Source of the DNA: the human T2T-CHM13v2.0 reference genome, Homo sapiens
Length of the DNA stretch: 64,000 nucleotides
Assembly (NCBI RefSeq): GCF_009914755.1
Contig: NC_060943.1
Strand: one strand, 5' to 3'
Part shown: positions 55,401 to 64,000 of the stretch, piece after piece
Layout: each line of letters opens with the position of its first letter
Position numbering within the stretch: position 1 is the stretch's first letter
The notes under the pieces: model-generated
What the model was told of the DNA's origin: nothing
The model's input: the letters and a program-made list of their open reading frames with translations, nothing else
Database searches by the model: none
Translations under genes and position numbers: made by a program

Positions 55401-58400
55401 AAACTTTATTCTTATTCAGGAATTTGGAAATCCTGTTTTTGCCCATTCTGCAAACTCATTGATGCCAATGGTGAAAAAGCAAATATCTCCGGATAAAAAA
55501 TGGAAGGAAGCTATCTCAGAAACAGCTCTGTGATGTGTGCATTCATCTGGCAGAGTTAAACCTTTCTTTTCATTCAGTAGTTTGTAAACACTCTTTTTGT
55601 AGAATCTGCCAAGGTGTATTTGGGAGCACTGTGAGACCTATGGTGAAAAATAAATTATCTTCAATGAAAAGTAGAAAGACGGTATCTGAGAAACTACTAT
55701 GTGATGCGTGCATTCATCTAACAGAGTGAAAACTTTCTTTTCATTCAGCAGTTTGGAAACACTGTTTTTGTAGAATCTGTGAAGGGATATTTGGGAGCAC
55801 ATTGAGGCCTATGGTCAAAGAGGAAATATCTTGAGATAAAAGGTGGAAGGAAGCTTTATGAGAAACTGCTTTGTGATGTGTGCATTCCTCTCACAGAGTT
55901 AAACCTTTCTTTTGATTCAGCAGTGTGGAAACACTGTTTTTGCCCATTATGCAAATGTACATTTGGGAGCTCATAAAGGTCAGTGGCAAAAAAGCGAATA
56001 TCCCAGGATAAAAACCAGAAGGAAGCTTTCTGAGAAATCACTTTGTGATGTGTGCATTTGTCTCACATAATGAAATCTTTCTTTTCATTCTGCAGTTTGG
56101 AAAAACTATTTTTGTTGAATCTGTGAAGTTGTATTTCAGAGTGCATAGGGAGCTATTGTGAAAAAATATATACATTCAGATAAAAAGTTGAGGAAGCATT
56201 TGAGAAACTGCATTCTGTTGTGTGCATTCATCTCACAGAGTTAAACTTTTCTTTTCATTCAGCAGTTTGGAAATACTATTTTTTTTCCATTCTCTGAGTG
56301 GATATTTGGAAGCTCTTTGGGGCCAGTGGTGAAAAAGCTGATATCCCTGGATAAAAACTAGAAGGAAGCTCTGTGAGAAACTGCTTTGTGATGTGTGCAT
56401 TCATCTCACAGATTTAAAACTCTCTTTTGATAGAATAGTTTGGAAACACTGTTTTTGTAGAATCTGTGAAGGGATATTTGAAATCACATTGATTCCTATG
56501 GTGAAAAAGGAAATATCTTCACATAAAAACTAGAAAACAGCTTTATGAGAAACTGCTTTGTGATGTGTGCATTCATCTCACAGAGTTAAAGCTTTCTTTT
56601 GTTTGAGCAGTACGAAAAAAATGTTTTTTTGGGGAACCTACAAAGGGATATTTGAGAGCACCTTGAGACATAAGGTGAAAAAGGAAATTTCTTCAGATAA
56701 AAACAGGAAAGAAGCTGTCTGAGAAGGTGCTTAATGATGTGTGTGTTCAACTCACAACAATAAACTTTTCTTTTGATTCAGCAGTTTGGGAACACTGTTT
56801 ATGTAGAATCATAACAGAGAGGGAGAGCAGTGAGGCATAGGGTGAAAAAGAAAATATCTCCATATAAAAACTAGAAAGAAGCTTTCTGAGAAACTACTTT
56901 GTGTGTGTGCATTCTTCTCAGAGAGTTAAACCTTTATTATGATTGAGCAGTTTGGAAACACTGTTTTTGTAGAATCTACGAAGGGATATTTGGGACCGCA
57001 TTGAGGCCTTTGGTGAAAAAGGAAATGTCTTCAGAGAAAAACTAGAAAGAAGCTTTCTGATAAACGGCTTTGTAATGTGTGCATTCATCATACAGAGGTA
57101 AACCTTTCTTTTGATTGAGCTGTTTGGAAACACTGTTTTTGTAGAATCTGCAAAGGCATATTTGGAAGAACTTTGAGGCCTATGGTGAAAAACGGATTAT
57201 CTTCAGAGGCAAACAACTAGAAAGAAACTTTCTGAGAAACTGCTTTCTGATGTGTGCATTCAACTCACAGAGTTAAACCTTTCTTTTGATTGAATAGTTA
57301 AGAAACACTGTTTTTGTAGGAACTGTGAAGAGATATTTTGGAACACATTGAGGCCTGTGGTGAAAGAGGAAATATCTTAAGATACAAACTAGAAAGAAGA
57401 TTTCTGAGACAGTGCTGTATGATGTGAGAATTCATCTCTCAGAGGCAAGCCTTTCTTTTGATTGAGCAGTTTGGAAACAATGTTTTTGTAGAATCTGTGA
57501 AGGGATATTTTGAAGCGCATTGAGTCCTATGATGAAAACCCATATATCTTCAGATAAAACCTATAGACATGCTTTCTGATGAACTGCTTTGTGATGTGTG
57601 CATTCACCTGACAGACTTAAACCATTCTTTTGATTGAGTGCGTTGTAATCACTCTTTTTGTAGAATCTGCAAAGGGGTATTTGTGAGCACATTGAGGCAT
57701 ATGGAGGAAAATGAATTATTTTCAGATTAGAAACTACAAAGAAGTTTTCTGAGAAACTGCTTTGTCATGTGTGCATTCATCTCACAGAGCCAAAACTTTC
57801 TTTTGATGGAGCAGTTTGAAAACACTGTTTTTGTACAAACTGCAAAAGTATATTTGGGAGAGCATTGAGACCTATGGTGAAAAAAATATGCTTCAGATAA
57901 AACAGGAAAGAAGCTTTCTGAGAAACTGTTTTTGATGTGTGTATTCATCTCACACAGCTAAACCTTTCTCTTCATTGAGTAGTTTGGAAACACTGTTTTT
58001 GTAAAATCTGTGAGGGGGATCTTGGAGCACACTGAGGCCTATGGTGAAAAAGGAAATATCTTCAGATAAAAAATAAAAAGAAGCTTCTTAGAAACTGCTT
58101 AGTTTGTGTGCATTCATCTCACACAGTTAAAACTTTCTTTTGGTTGAGCAGTTTGGAAACTCTGTTTTTGTAGAATCTGCAAAGGGATATATGGCAGCAC
58201 ATTCAGGCCTCTGCTGTAAAAGGAAATACCTTCAGATAAAAACTAGAAAAAAGCTTTGTGAGAAACTGCTTTGTGATGAATGCATTCATCTCAAAGAGGT
58301 AAATCTTTCTTTTCATTGAGCAGTTTTGCAACACTGTTTTTTGGGAATCTGAGAAGGGATATTTGGGAGCATTTTAAGGCCTATGGTAAAAAATAAAATA

Positions 58401-61400
58401 TCTTCAGATAAAAACTAGAAGGAACCTTTCTGAGATACTGCTTTGTGATGTGTGCATTAATCTAAGAGTTAAAACTCTTTTTTGGATTGAGCAGTTTGGA
58501 AAAACTTTTTCTATAGAATCTGTGAAGGCATATTTAGGAGCGCTTGGAGGCATATGGTGAAAAAGGAAATATCTTCAGAGAAAAACAAGGAAGAAGCTTT
58601 CTGGCAACTGCTTTGTGATGTGTACATTCATCTCACAGAGTTACAATGTTATTTTGATTGAGCAGTTTGGAAATACTGTTTCTGTTAAATTGGCCAAAGG
58701 ATATTTGGGAGCGCATTGAAGCTGAGAGTTAAAAAGGAAACATCTTAAAATAAAAAGTAGAAAGAAACTTTCTGAGAAACTGCTTTGTGGTGTATGCATT
58801 CATCTCACAGGGTTAAACCTTTCTTTTGATTGAGCAGTTTGGAGAAAGTGTTTTGGTAGACTGTGCGAAGGGATATTTGGAAGCACTTGAGGCCTATGGT
58901 GAAAAAGGAAATATCTTCAGATACAAACTAAAGAAAAAGCCTTTTTATAAACCACTTTGGGATGTGTGCATTCTTCTCACAGAGTTAAACATTTTTATTA
59001 ATTGTGCAGTCTGGAAACACTGTTTTTGTTGAATCTATGAGTTGACATATGGGAGTGCATTGAAGCCAAACGTGAAAAAGTAAATATATTGGAAGAAAAA
59101 CTAGAAAGAAGCTATCTGAGAAACTGCTTTGTGATGTGTGCATTCGTCTCAAAGAGTTAAACCTTTCTTTTGATTGAGAAGTTCAGAAACTGTTTTTGTA
59201 CAATCTGCAAAGGGATATTTGGGGAGAGTTTGAAGCCTATGGTGAAAAAGGAAATATCTTCAGATAAAAACTAGAAAGAAGCTTTCTGAGAAACTGTATG
59301 TGATGAGTGCATTCATCTAACAGGTTTAAAACTTTCTTTAGATTGTGCAGTTTGGAAACCCTGTTTTTGTAGAATCTATGAAGTGGTATTTGGGAGTACA
59401 TTGAGGCCTTTGGTGAAAAAGGAAATATGTTCAGATAAATACTAGAAAGAAGATTTTCAGCAACTGCTTTGTGGTTTGTGCATTCTTCTCACAGAGTTAA
59501 ACGTTTCTTTTGATTGAGCAGTTTGGAAACACTGTTTTGGTAGAATCTAGGAAGGGATATATCAGAGCACATTGAGGCCTGGGAAGAAATAGGAAATATC
59601 CTCAGAGAAAAATTAGAAAGATTTCTGAGAACCTGCTTTGTGATGTGTGCATTCATCTCACAGAGTTAAAATTTCTTTTGATTGAGCATGTTGGCAACAG
59701 TGTGTTTGTAGAATCTCAGAAGGGATATTGAGAGCAGTTTTAGACCTATGTTTAAAAATGAAATATCTTCAGATAAAAAATAAAAAGAAGCTTTCTGGGA
59801 AACTGCTTTTTGATGTGTGCATTCATCTCACAGAGTTAAACCTTTCTTTTGATTGAGCAGTTTGGAAACACTGTTTTGGTAGAATCTATGAAGGGATATT
59901 TCGGAGTGCACAGATGCCTATGGTGAGAAAGAAAATATCTTCAGGTAAAAATTAGAAAGATTTCTGAGAAACTTTTGTCTGATATATGTATTTATCTCAC
60001 AAAGTTAGACATTTCTTTTGATTGACCAGGTTGGAAACACCATTTTCATCCATTCTGTGAATGCAAATTTGGAAGCTCATTGAGGCCGATCATGGAAAAG
60101 TGAATATCCCAGGATAAAAATTAGAATGAAGTAAGTTGAGAAATGGTATTGTGATGTGTGCATTCATGTCTCACAGTTACACAGTTATTTTCATTCAGCA
60201 GTTTTGAAACACTTTTTTTAGAATCTGCAAAGGGATATTTGGGAGTGCATTTTGGACTGTGACAAAAAGTAATGTATCTTCAGATAAAATCTTGGAGGAA
60301 GCTTTCTGATAAACTGCTTTGTGATGTGTGCATTCATCTCTCAGAGTTAAACCTTTCTTTTGATTCAGCAGTTTGAAAACACAGTTTTTGTAGAATATAG
60401 AAGGGATATTTTGGAGCAAATTGAGGCCTGTGGTGAAAATAATATTTCTTCAGATAAAAAGTAGGAGGAAGCTATCTAAGAAACAGCTTTGTGATGTGTG
60501 CTTTCATCTCATAGAGTTAAACTTACCATTTCATTCAACAGTTTGGAAACACTGTTTTTTTTAGAATCTGCGAATTGACATTTGGGAGTGCATTGAGGCC
60601 AATGGTGAAAAATAAAAAATCTTCAGATAAAAACTAGAAAGGAGCTTTCTGAGAAATTGCTTTGTGATATGTGGATTCATCTCACAGAGTTAAACTTTTC
60701 TTTGATTCAGCAGTTTTGAAAGCCTGTTTTTGTCCATTCAGTGAATCAATATTTGGGAATGCACTGTGGCCAATGGTGAAAAAGCAAATATCCCAGGATA
60801 AAAACTAGAAGGAATTTATCTGAGAAACCACTTTCTGATGTTTGCATTCATCTTGCAGAGTTAAACCTTTCTTTTCATTCAGTAGTTTGGAAACACTGTT
60901 TTTGTAGAATCTGTGAAGGGATATTTGGGAGTGCATTAAGGCCTGTGGTGAAAAAGAAAATATATTCAGACAAAAAATTGAAAAGAAGATTTATAAGAAA
61001 CTGCTTTCATCTCACAGAGTTAAACCTTTCCTTAGATTTAAAGGTGTGGAATCACGGTTTTTATGAATCTGTGAAGTGATATTTGGGACCGCTTTGAGGC
61101 CTATGGTGAAAAAGAAAATATCTTCGTATAAAAACTAGAAGGAAGCTTTTGAGCACTGCTTTGTGATGTGTGCATTCATCTCACAGAGTTAAACCTTCCC
61201 TTTGATTTAGCAGTTTGGAGACAGTGTTTTTGTCCATTCTGAGAAAGGACATTTGGAAGCTTATTGAGGCCAATGGCAAAAAAAGTGAATATTTCTGGGT
61301 AAAAACTAGAAGGAAATTATCTCAGAAACTGCTCTATGATGTATGCATTCACCTCACAGAGATAAACCATTCTTTTCATTAAGTAGTTTGGGAACACATT

Positions 61401-64000
61401 TTTGTAGAATCTTCCAAGGGATATTTGAGAGATCATCAGGGCCACAGGCAAAGAAGTGAATATCCCAGGGTAAAAACTAGAAGAAAGCTATCTGAGAAAC
61501 CACATTGTAATGTGCACATTCATCTCACAGACTTAAACCATTCTTTTGACTTGGCAGTTTGGAAACACTGTTTTTGTCCATTCCGCAAATGGACATTTGG
61601 GAGCTCCTTGAGTCCAAAGGCGAAAAAGGGAATACTCCAGGATAAAACTGACAAGGAAGCTGTCTGACAAACCGCCTTGTGATTTGTGCATTCATCTTGG
61701 AGAGTTAAACATTTCTTTTCATGCAGTAGTTTGGAAACACTCTTTTTCTAGAATCTGCAAACAGATATTTGGGAGCGCATTGAGAACTACGGTGTAAAAG
61801 GAAATATATTCAGTAAAAAACTAGAAAGAAGATTTCTGAGAAATTGCTTTTTGCTATGTGCATTCATGTCACAGAGTTAAAGCTTTCTTTTGATTGAGCA
61901 GTTTGGAATCATTGTTTTTGTTGAATCTGCAGTGATATATTTGGGACCACACTGAAGCCTATGGTGAAAAAGAAAATATCTTCACAGGAAAAATTGGAAA
62001 GAAGCTTTCTGAGAAACCATTTTGTGTTGCATGCATTCTTCTCAAAGAGTTCAACCATTCTTTTGATTGAGCAGTTTGGAAACACTGCTTTTGTAGAATA
62101 TGCAAAGGGATATTTGGGGGCGCATTGAGGCCAATGGTGAAAAATGAAATATCTTCAGATAAAAGCTAGAAAGAAGTTTTCTGGTAAACTGCTTTGTGAT
62201 GTGTGCATTCATCTCATATAGGTAAACCTTTCTTTTGATTGAGCAGTTTGGAAACACTGTTTTGGTAGAATCTGTGAAGGGTTATTAGGGATTGCATTGG
62301 GGACTGTGGTGAAAAAGGAAATATCTTCAGATAAAAACTAGAAAGAAGCTTTCTGAGAAACTGCTTTGAGATGTGGGCATTCGTCTCACAACGTTAAAAC
62401 TTTCTTTTGATTGTGTAGTTTGTAAACATTGTTTTTGTAGAATCTACGAAGGGATATTTGGGAGCACATAAAAGCATATGGTGAAAAAGGAAATATCTTC
62501 AGATAAAAACTAGACAGAAGCTTTCTGAGAAACCATTTTGTGATGTGACATTCTTCTCATAGAGTTAAACCATTCTTTTGGTTGAGTAGTTTGGAAACTG
62601 TTTTTTTTAGAATCTGTGAAGGGATATTTGGGAGCCAATTGAGGCCAAGGGTGAAAAAGGAAATATCTTCACATAAAAACTAGAAAGAAGTTTTCTGAGA
62701 AACTGCTTTGTGATGTGTCCATTCATCTCACAGAATTAAAACTTCCTTTTGAATGGGCAGTTTGGAAACACAGTTTTTGATGTATCTGTGAAGGGATATT
62801 TGGGAGCGCATCAAGATCTATGGTTAAAAAGGAAATATCTTGGGATAAAAAGTAGAAAGAAGCTTTCTCAGAAACTGCTTCGTGATGTCTGCATTCTTCT
62901 CACAGAGTTAAACCTTTCTTTTGATTGAGCAGTTTGGAAACACTGTTTTTGTAGAATCTGTGAAGTGATATTTGGGAGGGCATTCAGGCCTATGGTGAAA
63001 AAGGAAATATCTTCAGATAAAAACTAGAAAGAAACATTCTGAGAAACTGCTTTCTGACGAGGGCATTCATCTCACACAGTTAAATCTTTCTTTTGGATGA
63101 GTAGTTTGGAAACACTGTTTTGGTAGGATCTGAGAAGAGATACTTGGGAGCACATTGAGGCCTATGCTGAAAAAGGAAATATCTTCATATAAAAACTAAA
63201 AAGAAACTCTCTAGGAAACTGCTTTGTGATTTGTGCATTCATCTCACAGAGTTAAATCTTTCTTTTCATTTTGCAGTTTGGCAACACTGTTTTTATTGAA
63301 TCTGTGAAGGGACAATTGGGAGCACATTGAGGTCTATGGTCAAAAAGGAAATATCTTCAGATAAATACTAGAAAGAAGTTTTCTCAGAATTGGCTTTGTG
63401 ATGTGGGCATTCTCCTGACAGAGTTAAACTTTTCTTTTGATTTAGCAGTTTGGCATCAACGTTTTTGTAGAATCTGAGAAGGGGTGTTTGGGAGCACTTT
63501 GAGGCCTACGGTTAAAAAGGGAACATCTTCAGATAAAAACTAGAAAGAAGATTTCTGGGAAACTGCTTTATGATTTCTACCTTCATCTCTCAGAGTTAAA
63601 CCTTTCTTTTGATTGAGCAGTTTGGAAACACTCTTTAGGTAGGATCTGCAAAGAGATATTTCAGAGCGAGTTGAGGCCTATGGTGAAAAAGGAAATATAT
63701 TCAGAAAAAAACTAGAAGGAAGTTTCTCAGAAACCGCTTTGTGTTCAGGGCGTTCTTCTCACAGAGTTAACCTTTATTTTGATTGAGCAGTCTGGAAACA
63801 CTGTTTTTGTAGAATCTACAAAGGGATATATTGTAGTGCTTTGTGGTCTACAGTAAAAAAAGAAATATCTTCAGATAAAAACTAGAAAGAAGGTTTCTGA
63901 GAAACTGCTCTGTGAAGTGTACATTCTTCTCACACAGTTAAACATTTCCATTGATCAAGCAGCCTGGAAAGATTGTTTTGGTAGAATCTATGAAGGGATA
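52421..64000 (+). repeat. Alpha satellite, block C, forward orientation, distinct and more divergent monomer family (~67 monomers, 172-bp type)
   Basis: Diagnostic differences from block A: CTTCAGATAAAAACTAGAAAGAAG, GAGTTAAACC, AAACACTGTTTTTG, ATATTTGGGAGCACATTGAGG. Confidence 0.98.

Overview
This window is primate (hominoid, most likely human) pericentromeric heterochromatin with no host genes, RNA genes or CRISPR arrays. About 53.5 kb is divergent monomeric alpha satellite (ALR, 171-172 bp units, roughly 310 monomers). The monomers carry the pJalpha/A-box (CTAYGGTGAAAAAGGAA), and I saw no CENP-B box, so this is a relic satellite layer rather than a live HOR array. The satellite forms three blocks: A (1-37757, forward), B (43988-52421, reverse) and C (52421-64000, forward, a different monomer family). 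Four dead L1PA (LINE-1) insertions interrupt it: two 5'-truncated, 5'-inverted twin-priming copies (328-2789 and 35436-37214), a near-full-length L1PA3/4-like copy (37758-43990) sitting exactly on the A/B orientation switch, and a short L1 3' end nested in that copy's ORF2 (39902-40672). Every ORF in the track is either a broken L1 ORF1/ORF2 fragment or a spurious reading of satellite or antisense L1. I do not find a new gene system. The most interesting signals are structural: both strand switches are register-symmetric (fold-back-like), there is a 171-bp island inside 172-bp satellite, and there are relic and nascent multi-monomer duplications, lineage-marking indels and a monomer type with a built-in hairpin. 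Subfamily calls and identities are by eye and need alignment.
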